From: Podarcis cretensis
Taxonomy: Eukaryota
Length of the DNA: 64,000 nt
Direction: 5' to 3'
Assembly (NCBI GenBank): GCA_951804945.1
Contig: OX638151.1
Span: 61,132,001-61,196,000, forward strand
Shown piece after piece: positions 11,029 to 23,372 of the stretch. The stretch's first letter is position 1. Every line of letters starts with the position of its first letter. The position numbers were made by a program, and so were the translations under genes. The notes beneath the pieces were generated by a model, which was not told the DNA's origin, did no database searches, and saw only the letters and a list, made by a program, of their open reading frames with translations.

Positions 11029-12858
11029 TATCCCCACATCATAACAGGGTTTAATAACCAATGAGTAAACCAGTATGCTCAAACACATAACAAATCCTTA
11101 ACATATTCAAACAACGCTGCTCATTATAGATCGCTTTCTGTCAATTTTACATGAATGATTATTTCACTGATAAAGGAATACATGGTTGTGAAATTGGAAT
11201 TCCAAAAGTTCTTGATTTTTAAAGAATTGGTTTATTCTGATAGTAACACTTTATAGCAAAGGTTTTCAGATTGCAAAAGTATAGAGAAAGAAGCAAAGGT
11301 AGCAACTTTTAAAGCACTGGTGAAATTCTATAGTGCGTTCATCTTATGCTTTGATTCAACATAAATTCTGAGGTTACCAGTGCATGAACAATAGTGGCTA
11401 AACTATCCATGTCCTGGAAAGGGTGCAGTTGCCGTACAGCTTAAGCTGATAACAGGCATCCCCACAGAGATCACCTGAGCTTCCAGTGATGGAGGAGCAC
11501 CCCCAAACTATAAACTTGTTCCTTCAGAGGAGTGCAACCCCAACCAGAACCAGTAAATTCCCCAGCTCCTGTACCTGGGAGCCACTCACCACAGTCCCCC
11601 ATCTTACTAGGATTCAGCCCATCACTGCATCCAGTTTAAAACAGGCACAGCCTTTCCTGATTCAGGTGTAACAGAAATAGAGCTGGGCGTCATCAGCAAT
11701 CTGATGGCACCGTGCCCCAGATCTCCCAATTACCACTCACAGCAGCTTCTTATAGATATTGAACAGCACTGGGAACACATGGTGAGAAGGCTATCATAAT
11801 ATACCTTATTGCCCTGCAGCAATGAATAGCACAATTGGCAGGAGGCTGGCACATAATTCCCCCAATGCTATTCTATAAACCTGGCCCCATAGTTCCATCA
11901 GTCCCCCACTCATGGAGGATACTGCAGTATCAAAAGCCACTGAGAGATCAAGCAAGAGCAACAAGATCACATTTCCCCTATTCCCTGTAATGTATCAGGG
12001 AGACCAAGGGTGATTTTGGAAAGATACGCGGGAAAGATTTTTACTTTTTTAAACCTTCAATGTTTGTTTGAATGCATATCCTCACAGATACCCATTCCCC
12101 CTTCAGAACTTCCCACATGGAAGGGAAACATCTGAATGAAGATTCTAAACACTGAAATTCTCCCATGATCTGAACTTCTGCCTTGTCTTCCTCTCATTCC
12201 AGGAATGGGAACTGGTGCATACAGTGAAGTTTGGGGTGGGGATCATATGCAAACCCCCTCCCACCTCATTAATCCTACACATATTCAGGAAAATATCTGA
12301 AGAGGGCTTCGGAGATAATATAAATGACCAGTCTTGATTGTGAATGACTTCAAAACAGGGAGCTGACAGATAAATAGATAACTCACAACAGAGATCAGAG
12401 AGGACACAAGAATGAATTAAACTGCCATGGGTGTGTTAGATTCTCTTACTATTTTCTTTGGGATTATGGCTACAACATATTCATGTCAAAAAGTAAAGGC
12501 TATTAAAACTGGCTGTTTAGATAGCAAGAATCTTACAAAGTTCAGGTAGGCAAATTTTAAACTGAGCGAAATGATATTCTAAAATTCATAACACATTTTA
12601 AAGTTATATTGGCCCCTCAACTTTCTTATTAAGTAACTTCAATCCTACATCTACTGGGCATGCTGATATCTTCTCTCTTCACAGGAATTTCTATGCTTTG
12701 TGACAGTACACACGGTGAGAAGGCTATCATAATGTACCATATTCAGCTGAAGCTAATTACACTTTGGAAATCTTAATGTCAGACAGATAACTCAGCTAAT
12801 AAAAAAATATTTTTAAAGGCAGCAAATACTGAAAAGTAAAAATTGCATATAAGCTTAC

Positions 12859-13038
12859 CAAAAGTGTATTGCACCAATCTTCCGTCCAAGTTCGGACTCT
12901 ACTCCATCCAGCATTAAGAACACAGAGCTTTTCCTCCAAAGTCGTCTCACTGCCTTCCACTAAAGTTTGAAGTACAGCGCTACTCTCTGTTACACTGTTA
13001 AGATCAACCTTCTTCCTTTCCAGTTCTCTCAGCACATT
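12859..13038 (-). CDS. UTRN: UTRN exon (DMD ex35 equivalent)
   Basis: 180 nt, tag|...|gtaagc; [20 protein letters not shown]...[16 protein letters not shown]. Confidence 0.96.
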
Positions 13039-13494
13039 CTAAAAGGCAACAGAAACTATTAACAGAACCAAATTCTTCATGATTGCAAAGTCAAAGATGG
13101 CATCAGATGCATTCATAGCATATGACCATGTTTCTAATTTGACCACCTTGCCTTTTCATATCATGTAAGGCACTTACCAGCCAACTGCATATATGCCCAA
13201 ATGAACACGGGGTATTCTAATATTGACAACAATATTTGCACTCATTGTAGAATTTTCATAGAAGTTCTAGCAGCATGAAAATTCTCCTTCAATAAAAGGC
13301 AAATGAAGCATTGTGAAGTTATTGGGACCATTTGACAGTTTTGCATTTCTGTGATCATACAGACTAATGGACAGGGCTGACCCAGCCATGAGGCAAGGTG
13401 AGGTGACCATCTCAGGTAGCAGGATCCACAGGGGTAACAGATCCCAATGTACATATTTATTCCCCCACTCTGCCCTTGTTCCTAATATCAATCT

Positions 13495-13963
13495 TCTTCA
13501 TCATCATCATAATAACAATAATTTATTATTTATACCCTGCCCATCTGGCTGGGTTTCCCCAGCCACTCTGGGTGGCTTCCAACAGAACACTAAAATACAA
13601 TAACCTATTAAACATTAAAAGCTTCCATAAACAGGGCTGCCTCCAGATGTCTTCTAAAAGTTTGGTAGTTGTTTTTTTTCTTTGACATCTGGTGGGAGGG
13701 CGTTCCACAGGGCGGGTGCCACTACCGAGAAGGCCCTCTGCCTGGTTCCCTGTAACTTGGCTTCTTGTAGCGAGGGAACCGCCAGAAGGCCCTCGGCACT
13801 GGACCTCAGTGTCCGAGCAGAACGATGGAGGTGGAGACGCTCCTTCAAGTATACTGGACTGAGGCCGTTTAGGGCTTTAAAGGTCAGCACCAACACTTTG
13901 AATTGTGCTCGGAAACGTACTGGGAGCCAGTGTAGGTCTTTCAAGACCGGTGTTATATAGTCT
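13495..13963 (-). mobile_element. L2 LINE 3' fragment
   Basis: DYITPVLKDLHWLPVRFRAQFKVLVLTFKALNGL...RAFSVVAPALWNALP; (ATT/ATG)n tail. Confidence 0.9.
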
Positions 13964-16314
13964 AGTGGGAAGAGGGATGTCATTTTGTGGTTTGTCTCAG
14001 GTACCAAAATGTCTTGGGCAGCCCCTGCTACCTGAAATTATCTACTGTTGGGAAATGAAGTTGTAATTTTTAAGACAACTTATATCTTCCTCTTGCCTTT
14101 ATCAAATTTGATTTTATTAGATTCTGCCATTTATTTTATTATGCAATTACTCCATGTTCCAGTTCCATTTGTTATTTCATAAAGTTTCTTGTTCTGCATG
14201 TGGGGAACTATATATCTATCTGTTATGGAGCAATTCAAACTACTTTTTGTCTGCATGTGTGCATGTACTTTTCATGAAGTGGAGGGAACCTTATGTAATT
14301 CTTCCCACTATAATATACATTTTTGTATAATGGTATGTGTGTAAGCACTTGTTAATTAATAAAGTAGTGCCTTTTCTCTAAATCGCTGTGGAGCACAGAG
14401 CATATTGCAACATTTCAAATACATTACACTGAAACATTTAAATACTACTAATCATATTGAAGTATGTTGTATACAGATAGTAAAAAGGTCCTCAGATCAC
14501 AATTATTTATAGCCATTTTAACATAAGAAGGATTTGTGCAGTTTCCTTGCACGACAAGAAATTATACTGTTCCATTTTTAACATCAATCCTCAGAACACA
14601 ATACTCCTCCTTGTAGGCTAATGACTTTTTGCACTCAATTAGGCAAATAATTGACTAACCATGACATTCTCTAAAATAGCAATCAATAATTAAAACAAGC
14701 AATTAAATTCAAAAAGCCAAGAACTGTATTACGTTATAGAAAACGAAACACACTGGTGAGCCTTGGATCTAATACGCCTTTTTTTGGCTGGCACAATTCA
14801 GCTTTTTGAGAAAACGATTTTTTAAAAAATGTCTATAATAAGGCAATCAAATTTAAAAGATAGTTTAAGGTTTTAAATTATCCATGCCAGCTTGGGAAAA
14901 AGCAGTAAAGGAAGCATCGACACAATATATGCTTAAATATATGCTCAGAACTAAGTACTGGGGAGAAATTTGGAACAAAGTATGATATTTGTGTAGTTAG
15001 CTACTTGGTTGATTTTTTAAATAGGTAAAAAATGTATCTTTATATAGCTATTTTAACCACTTTAATCCATCACTGAGGAGATTTATCATGTAACAGATAG
15101 CAAATATTAAGTGTTGCTGCTGTGGAATTATAGAGATTAGCTCCTCCAACACAGTTTTGTATAGTTGTTACAGATCTAATAGCTAATTCTTCAACATTTT
15201 AAATTATTTTCTTTGAGCAACAGCCAACAAAAAGGCTTATATTACTAACTCTAACTTATCCTAGAAGAACAGAGGTGAAGATAGGGGTTGGCAAAAACAG
15301 CACCCAACGAGAACACAGGCCCAGGTGGAGTGCAAAAAATCACTTTTCAGACTATGAAGTGTATGGTGTATATGTGTGTGGTGCCACACCTCCGCTGTTG
15401 CAGCAAGATCAAATGCAGAAGCTTCCCATCCTTCTCGCACCGTGGCAAAAGTTTGGGGGGGGCGGGGTGTCAATTGCCAGGGGCAGAAGAGACCCTTGGT
15501 ACACCTCTGAGAACAGAGGATAAACGCTACTCATTCACAATAATCATGTACCATATGCAATGTGGTTTTTTTGTGTGTTTTTTTGTTTTTGGAATCTAAT
15601 GCTGGAAGAAAATGCCTAAGATTTTCCTATTTATAATCAGCAATGCATAGTTGACCACCACTTGCATAGCAGAAAATTCTACTTGAAAAACATGCATCAA
15701 TTTTTCTTCATCAGCTTAATGTAAACCAGGAAAAAGTTGCACTATGGACTAAGTATTGAACCAGAGAAAAGCAGCACAACAATTCCTTCTAGTGCAACAA
15801 GACTTTCCACCTTTCCTTCCCCTAGCCCCCAGCTCTCTGGTGCCCTCCCCAAATTTGCTCTGGATGGTCCAGAGACCACCATCCCCCACAAGAACAGCAG
15901 GGGCAACAGATAGTTCAATCAGGCAAGCTGAACATGTGGGAGGGATGAGGACAGATTGTTCCATCAGGGAAACAGAGAAGGAGAAAAACCATTAAATAAA
16001 TTATTTGGAAGCACTATGAGCCTTGCAGCTGGGTTGCTATTGACACTACAGCAAAAATTAAGGGAACAGTAGCTTCACAAGTGAACTAGAGGGACAGAAT
16101 TAAGTTGGTGATTCTACATAGTCTGGAAATTTCTAGCGCTTATATAATTTGTTTAATTTATATACAAGGCTTCAAGATAGGCTACTCATTAGAAAGTGCA
16201 TTTTTGTTAACAGTTGCTCCAAAGATGAAATAGAAACAATTGTCTCTGTTTTGTTTTTGTTTTTAAATCACAAAGGAATACAAAGGAGTAAGGACAAGAT
16301 ACAGTTTTTCTTAC

Positions 16315-16485
16315 TTTAGCCCATGCGATTTCAGTGTCCAGATCAGTGAGCAAACTCTCTGAGGTGGACTTGTGCACTAACTCAGCCTCCGTAGCCTCTA
16401 GCCATTTCGACAAGGAAAGAGAGACTTCCTTGAGCTTACATGACAGCTGCAATGCCTGCTCCAAATCTTGCTTCCCTTCAGTGAC
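16315..16485 (-). CDS. UTRN: UTRN exon (DMD ex34 equivalent)
   Basis: 171 nt, cag|...|gtaaga; [15 protein letters not shown]...[10 protein letters not shown]. Confidence 0.96.
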
Positions 16486-16614
16486 CTGCATAAGAAACCC
16501 AGCATGTAAAAACAGAGATAAGGAGTTCTGCTTCTTCAATAAGAAATACGTAGCAGTGAAAGTAATTGGCAACATCCAGGTGGTATTTTTATTAAAGGTC
16601 ATACTAAGAAAAAA

Positions 16615-17280
16615 GAAAAAAGGGATCCAGAGGGGATCCTGGAAATTACAGGCTGCTTAGCACAGGAAAACTGGTGGAAAGTATAGGTAAGGTAAAAGTA
16701 AAGGACCCCTGGACGGTTAAGTCCAGTCAAAGGCGACTATGGGGTTGCGGTGCTCATCTCGCTTTCAGGCCAAGGGAGCTGGTGTTTGTCCACAGACAGC
16801 TTTCCAGGTCATGTGGCCAGCATGACTAAACAGCTTCTGGCACAAAGGGACACCGTGACAGAAACCAGAGCGCATGGAAATGCCATTTACCTTCCTGCCG
16901 CAGTGGCACCTATTTATCTACTTGCACTGGCATGCTTTCAAACTGCTAGGTAGACAGGAGCTGGGACAGAGCAATGGGAGCTCACCTCATCGTGCGGATT
17001 CGAACTGCCAACCTTCCGGTCGGCAAACCCAAGAGGCTCAGTGGTTTAGACCACAGTGCCACCCGCGTCCCTAGTTTAATGTCCCTGCTTAGCTTAATGT
17101 CTGGCACAGGAAAACTGGTGGAAAGTATATTTAAACATAAACTAACCAATCCTATAGAACAGCAAGCTTGGCTGAAGCAGAGCTGAAGTAGGCTTCTGCA
17201 ACAGCAAATTTTGTCTCACTAATCTATTAAGAGTTCTTTGAGAGTGTCAACAAAGCATATAGAAAGAGGTGATCCAGCTT
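16615..17280 (+). mobile_element. CR1 ORF2 (RT region) fragment interrupted by the SINE
   Basis: Flanks translate as [23 protein letters not shown]...GFC..CLTNL, typical of CR1 RT. Confidence 0.7.
16686..17071 (-). mobile_element. Sauria SINE nested in a CR1 fragment
   Basis: Same head/body/tail as other copies; flanked by GCACAGGAAAACTGGTGGAAAGTATA (16660-85 / 17104-29). Confidence 0.9.
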
Positions 17281-17667
17281 GCTAGACAGATCATCCAAGG
17301 TGGCTTACAATTTAGATTATACATCACAATGAGGTACTAAAGAACAGACAGTTCAGAGAGAGAGCAGAACTAAAACATTTGAAGATGCAGTGTGCAAAGT
17401 TAAAACAATCCAAAAGCCTTAAAAAATAAAACACACTGACCATTTATATAAAAACAAAAAGAAGGAAGCCAGTCATGATTTCCCAAGGAAGAGCTTTTTA
17501 CAATCTTAAAACCATTACACAAAAGACCCTATATGTGTCCCAAGCAACAGTACCTCTGAAGGCAAATATCAAAGAGCAATGGTCATAAGGGTGGTCAGAT
17601 TCATGTGGCAGAAGACTGTCCTCAAATAGCCTGGCCCCAAAGCCCAAAAGCAGCACACAACTCTTAC

Positions 17668-17823
17668 CTGTGCACCCAGATCATTGTATAGAAATTTCAA
17701 TGCTGTCAGTTGTTCATCCATGCTCTTAGGGTTATCTGTTTGTTGTTTCTGTACAATTTGCCTTCCTGTTTTGATTACAGTTTCCACTTCAAGCTTTACT
17801 TCACTGAGAGTCTTGTAGAGTTT
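17668..17823 (-). CDS. UTRN: UTRN exon (DMD ex33 equivalent)
   Basis: 156 nt, tag|...|gtaaga; [33 protein letters not shown]...YNDLGAQ. Confidence 0.96.
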
Positions 17824-18389
17824 CTAGAACCAGAATGAATTACACATTTGTTACCGTTTCATGTCTCAAGGCTTGTCTGTTTCTGTTTCCAAATAATGGT
17901 TAAACTTGTTCATGTCATATTACTTCTTGAAAGCAGGTCAAACATAACAATGCATCAATTCAAACATCCTGGCCATAACAAATGTTTCATTCAAAGTTTT
18001 AAGAAATAGCTGTTTGGGGTTTTTTGCTTTAATGCTAAATATGACAAAGATAAAATTATGTTATTTTCTCTGCATCAAATTTGTCTCTAAGTACCATTAA
18101 AGTGAAAAGTTAAGTAAGCTTCCCTTAGAACTATTTTGATAATATGAAAGGGTTACGTTCTTTTGATAATTCTATCTAGGTATAAGAACCAAATCTCTTA
18201 AAAAGAATTGTTCCTTTTATCCAAGCTTTCCACCAAATCTGTGGATATGCTTCTATAGAAGGATATCTTTGGTAGGAGTCTTTATTTCAGTTGAGACACA
18301 GAAGCAAAGTATCTTAAATCTTCATGACCTCATGGAAATAATATGGAGGGAGAGGAAAGTAGGAAAGTGCAGCCAAAATTCTACATTAC

Positions 18390-18563
18390 CATGCACTTAT
18401 CGAAGTGAGACTGAATTACATCTGGGTCAATATCCTTCACATCCAAGACATGGAGCTCAGCCTTTACACTATCCAGAACCCGTTTACAATCCAGCATACG
18501 TTGCTCAAAGTTCGCTGGTTTTTGGAAAAGCTGATACTTTGTGGATACCTCCCGCAGTTTCCT
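18390..18563 (-). CDS. UTRN: UTRN exon (DMD ex32 equivalent)
   Basis: 174 nt, cag|...|gtaatg; [31 protein letters not shown]...FDKCM. Confidence 0.96.
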
Positions 18564-19894
18564 CTGTTTATAAAAGAAGGCAACAATATCAAACTGTGAC
18601 CAGAAAGAAAACACCCCCAAGAGGTTTCAACAACCCTCCTGCTCCATCTCATTGCTTAGACCATGCAGCACGTCTTCCAGATACCTATCCAAGTCTTGTA
18701 CAGTCTTGAGCCTAGCACGGGATGCTTGTCCTTATCTTCAAAGGACTCCAGATTCTCAGGCCCTTATCACATCTCTCAGCTCTTAAACCTCAATACATCT
18801 CTACCTGTGACTGTCACTCCTCCAGCTATCCAAGGTCTCCTGCTCCCTCAAATGATTTCATCCTTTCTCCCACTATGATGAGAAATACCTCTTACTTATG
18901 TCTAATATGACCCACAGGAAGCTGCCTTATACTGAATTAGTTGTCTACAAAGACTTACTGTCAGTTCCCTAGTTCCCATGCTAGGAGTCTAGCCTGGCAA
19001 GCCATGGGAAGTGGCCCATCAGTTTCCCACCAGCCCGGGCTTATCACCAAGTCTCAAAGGTATTGTGCTCAGTGTTCAGGATAAAAACCCTTTGCCTATT
19101 CTTTAGAAATTGTTCCAAGCTAATTTGGTTTTATGTAGACTTATTGTGTAATTTAAAATGTAATATGCTGTATGCAGGCTAGTCCTGTCCAGGGTCAGGC
19201 TTTAGTAATATGGCACTCTGAGCAAGGACAAAATTTGGCACACACTCCCAACTTTGAGTAGGTACCCATATAAATATAGGTATGATTATGATGATGCACC
19301 CTCTTAGCTCTGTGCCCTGTGGAGAATAACTGCCCACACCACCCTAAATCCAGCACTGCCAGTGCTTTACACTCAGAAGCTATATGTATTGTACACTGAT
19401 TCGTGTTGTACATGAATAAAGTGTGTAGCCTTCACCCATAAGTGCGCTTACCACCCCCGAATCACAAAGAAAGCTGCCTTTTGTCAGAAGACATCCTGCA
19501 TACGAATTCTGAAATAATTCATGCTTTATTTCTACAACTAGCAGTGTCAACCTCCCGTTTTATTTTTGGAGCTGTTCCAATGACAACAAATGTATTGAAA
19601 TTGAAAGTCAGATCAACAGATAATTTAAACTTCTAAGACACCCTTCATCCACTGGATCTTAGGGTGATTTTCTAATGATTAATAGAACAATTAATATTGA
19701 AAAGCAGCATCCACACAAATCAAAGACGCACAATAAATTTATAAAGCAACAAAATTATTTATCTATTAAACTTCTGCAAATCAAATTCAAGGAGCAGGAC
19801 TCATGTTTATCATCCACAGGTGCCCTCTTCATTTTTTACTTATGCGGTCAGTTACACTCAGTCCTGGTCACTGGCAAATGCTTGTGATATTTAC

Positions 19895-20023
19895 CTGCAA
19901 GGCATCCAATTGAGACCCACTACGAGGAGATCTGCATTCTGGGGAGGCTGGCATCAACGACCGCACGTTCTTTCTTAGCTCTTCCAAGGTGGATTCATGA
20001 GCAGCAATTTCAGTTTGGATTTT
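19895..20023 (-). CDS. UTRN: UTRN exon (DMD ex31 equivalent)
   Basis: 129 nt, cag|...|gtaaat; KIQTEIAAHESTLEELRKNVRSLMPASPECRSPRSGSQLDALQ. Confidence 0.95.
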
Positions 20024-20322
20024 CTGCCAAGTCGTTATTGGAAAGGCAAAAAACAGTACATGGCAGATATCAGCCTTACTAGCAATAAATCACACCACAG
20101 AAGTCTATTATGAGTGCTACAGTGTCAACATCAGTCATGCTGGCTTTGATGATAGGCTCCTTCTTTCAAAGTCATTAGCCCTATTACAGCAGGTACTCCA
20201 ATGTGTCCGCCTACACACACATACACAGCTAAATTATACGGCACAGATTCCTTTCAAGAAGCAATCTATCATCATCCTACACCCAAAAATCCTGCGTGGC
20301 AACAAAAGTCTACTGAAAATAC

Positions 20323-20484
20323 CTGTGCCTCCTGTGGCATTTGGAAGGCATCTATTCTGTCGGTCAAGTATGAGGTTAGCTGCCTATCCAGATCCTTCAA
20401 GCTCTCTTGTAGGACTTGCAACATGTGCTCGGTTTCCCGCATTGTCTGAAGCTGCTGTTCCAAGCAAATCTGTCTGCTCACTGC
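20323..20484 (-). CDS. UTRN: UTRN exon (DMD ex30 equivalent)
   Basis: 162 nt, cag|...|gtattt; [22 protein letters not shown]...[13 protein letters not shown]. Confidence 0.96.
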
Positions 20485-21094
20485 CTGAATTTTGAAGCAA
20501 AAGAGTAAGTTGCACAGCATGATTACTTTTGAATTTGCACACAGAAAAATATGAATATTAAATAAAATGAGAACTGCAATTTTGCTTTCTTGCTGACAAG
20601 GGCTGCAATTTAAGCACTGAATTTTTCAAGATTATGAACCACTCCTAACGGAAGAGCACTTAATTCAGAAATTCTTAACATGGGAAGCCCAAACGAAGAT
20701 GTACATGATTATGTTCCCCCATCAGCATCATTCATCTCAACATACACAAGAATGGCATGGTTGGAGGCACAGCTTAAACTCTCTAGGGATTTGTATCAAT
20801 CATTTCCTACTATAACATGTTTATAAAGGCTGCCAACATGGATGGCTTTTCCCCAGAGAAAACCCACTCCATACAGCTGAACCAGAACAAATGGCAAATG
20901 GGTTTTCCGTGGATTGACGTTTGCTCCAAGTCAGCAGTAAAGAGCGGATTTTCCAAAGGAAAGTGGTAGGACAAACAGAAAACCGCTTGGACCTGTGCCT
21001 AGTGTCTAAGCATAGTGTGGACAAGCCCAAATCCATTAAGAAAAAGGTGATCAATGGATACTCGTGATGACGGATGTGTGTACCACCTCCGGTA

Positions 21095-21324
21095 CAGTGG
21101 TACCTCAGTTTACGAACTTAATCCATTCCAGAAGTCAGTTCTTAAACCGAAACTGTTCTTAAACCGAGGTGCGCTTTCCCTAATGAGGCCTCCCACCGCC
21201 AGTGCCCTTCCACCATTTGGCTTCCATTCTTAGACCGAGGTAAAGTTCACAAACCGAAACACTACTACCGGTTTTGCAGAGTTCATAAAGCGAAAAGGGC
21301 TGTTCTTAAACCGATGTACCACTG
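21095..21324. mobile_element. Tigger/pogo-like MITE
   Basis: TIR CAGTGGTAC.../...GTACCACTG, TA TSD; related to 2393-2612 (shared aacttaat..ttcc). Confidence 0.8.
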
Positions 21325-22243
21325 TATAATTGGTGTGCCTTTGAATGCCAGTTGCCACAAAACACAAGAGAAGAGACTACTATTACACTAATGTCCTGCT
21401 TGTGGGCTATCCATAGGCATCTGGTTGGCCTGAGAAAACAGGATGCTAGACTAGAGGAGTGCTTGATTTGATCCAGCAGGGTTTTTCTTATGTTCTTTTC
21501 ATTGTTGGTCTTAGAACATTACTGCTGAAATTCAATTTATTCAGCGCTCTCTCTCTCTCTCTCCTCTTAGGCAAGATCCCTTGGGTCTTAAACATTCCTA
21601 ATGCTTTCACAATCACACACTTCAAAGGTCAGGGAGCAGGTCGCACTCAAAAACAGAGGTTAAGTGGTTCTTTTAAAACCACTTGGCCGTATCAGTCATC
21701 AGAACAGATGTGAGTGAATAGAGTAAGGTAATATGCAATGGAAATGTGATCAGAACTGAAAGCTGCTGCAAAGGGAGTCCCTTGCTCAAAAGAATAGCTG
21801 TGGCTCCACCAAGATAGTATAAATTCACTGTATGGCAGTATAACTAATAGCTGAGACAAGTGTTCCTATAAGTAGAACTCCATTTGCTGTGCACACCCAC
21901 TAGAAGAGGGGCAAGGTCATTTTTGCAGAAACCCGTATCCTCTGAAAAGCTGCAGGGGAGGTTGGATGGGAACTGCAGATAGAAGAGGGAAGTGGCAAAA
22001 TCACCCCCTCTTCCTCCAGCGAGACTCTTCAGCGAGACTCAATGTATTCCATGAACAGAGGGAGTCCCTCCCTCAAAAAGTAGAAGGGACCTTTTGGATC
22101 CAACCCTGTGTTACACATTGCTGGTAGGATCCTGCTAATCTCTAAAATGAATCTGAGTCACCAATCCAGATCTTAATCTGTTTTGTGATTTTCAGAATTA
22201 ATCTAGTTAGCCGTTAATACACTTCAACTAATATTCTGCTAAT

Positions 22244-22718
22244 ATTGCCAACAAAGGTTCGTATAGTTAAAGCCATGGTCTTCCCAGTAGTGATGTATGG
22301 AAGTGAAAGCTGGACCATAAAGAAGGCTGATCGCCGAAGAATAGATGCTTTTGAATTATGGTGCTGGAGGAGACTCTTGAGAGTCCCATGGACTGCAAGA
22401 AGATCAAACTTATCCATTCTGAAGGAAATCAGCCCTGAGTGCTCACTGGAAGGACAGATCGTGAAGCTGAGGCTCCAATACTTTGGTCACCTCATGAGAA
22501 GAGAAGACTCCCTGGAAAAGACCCTGATGTTGGGAAAGATTGAGGGCACAAGGAGAAGGGGGTGACAGAGGACGAGATGGTTGGACAGTGTTCTCGAAGC
22601 TACCAGCATGAGTTTGACCAAACTGCGGGAGGCAGTGGAAGACAGGAGTGCCTGGTGTGCTCTGGTCCATGGGGTCACGAAGAGTCAGACACGACTAAAT
22701 GACTAAACAACAACAACA
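22244..22718 (+). mobile_element. Bov-B (RTE) LINE 3' fragment, 5'-truncated
   Basis: PTKVRIVKAMVFPVVMYGSESWTIKKA...DAFELWCWRRLLRVPWTARRSN...LKEISP; (CAA)n tail; TSD AATATTC(T/C)GCT; premature TGA at 22563. Confidence 0.95.
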
Positions 22719-23222
22719 AATATTCCGCTTACAGAAAGGTTTTATTCCCTTTTGCACAAAAGCTTATAGGAACATTCTCACAGTCTTTTTATTCCTTGCT
22801 TTGCATCTTACTTATGATGGCAAAAACATTAGTTTACATATTGCCTTTTACTGATTTTATAGAAGCATGGAAGGAGTCTATTTATAAATCAACAATATCA
22901 TCTTTTGTTCTGCCCTGCACAGTGGGTTGTGACCCACCAACCTAAATGCAGCCAACCAGTCTGAATGTTGGCTAATCAGGGGCTTAGCAAGGCTTCAATT
23001 TTTGCTGTGTGTCTGACAGCTGCCAAACACCTGGAAGGCCACAATGGATGATTTGTGCATTATTTGGCTTGGTGGGTAGCAAGTTGTACAGGTCTGATCT
23101 TGATACTGGGTGCCAAAGATTGCTGTCAGCTTGCGATGGCTATTTAAAGCTTTGTTACATACTAAGCATAGAGGCACTAGTGAAAACAAATTATCCATCT
23201 TACTAAAAATACAAATTCTTAC

Positions 23223-23372
23223 CACATGACTTAATTCTTCATAGCGGGCATTGAAAGCTTCCAATTTTTCACTGATGATTTCATCAAGGATCCCTCCATC
23301 AATCAACGTTTGGCCAAGTTCCCGAATTTGAGTCCGGTTATCAGTTGGATGGCGTAGGACAGATTCCAATGA
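23223..23372 (-). CDS. UTRN: UTRN exon (DMD ex29 equivalent)
   Basis: 150 nt, tag|...|gtaaga; [50 protein letters not shown]. Confidence 0.96.

Noticed and set aside
20485-23222. Dp260-like internal first exon in the intron equivalent to DMD intron 29
   Set aside because: I found no ATG-initiated, in-frame exon with a good donor.
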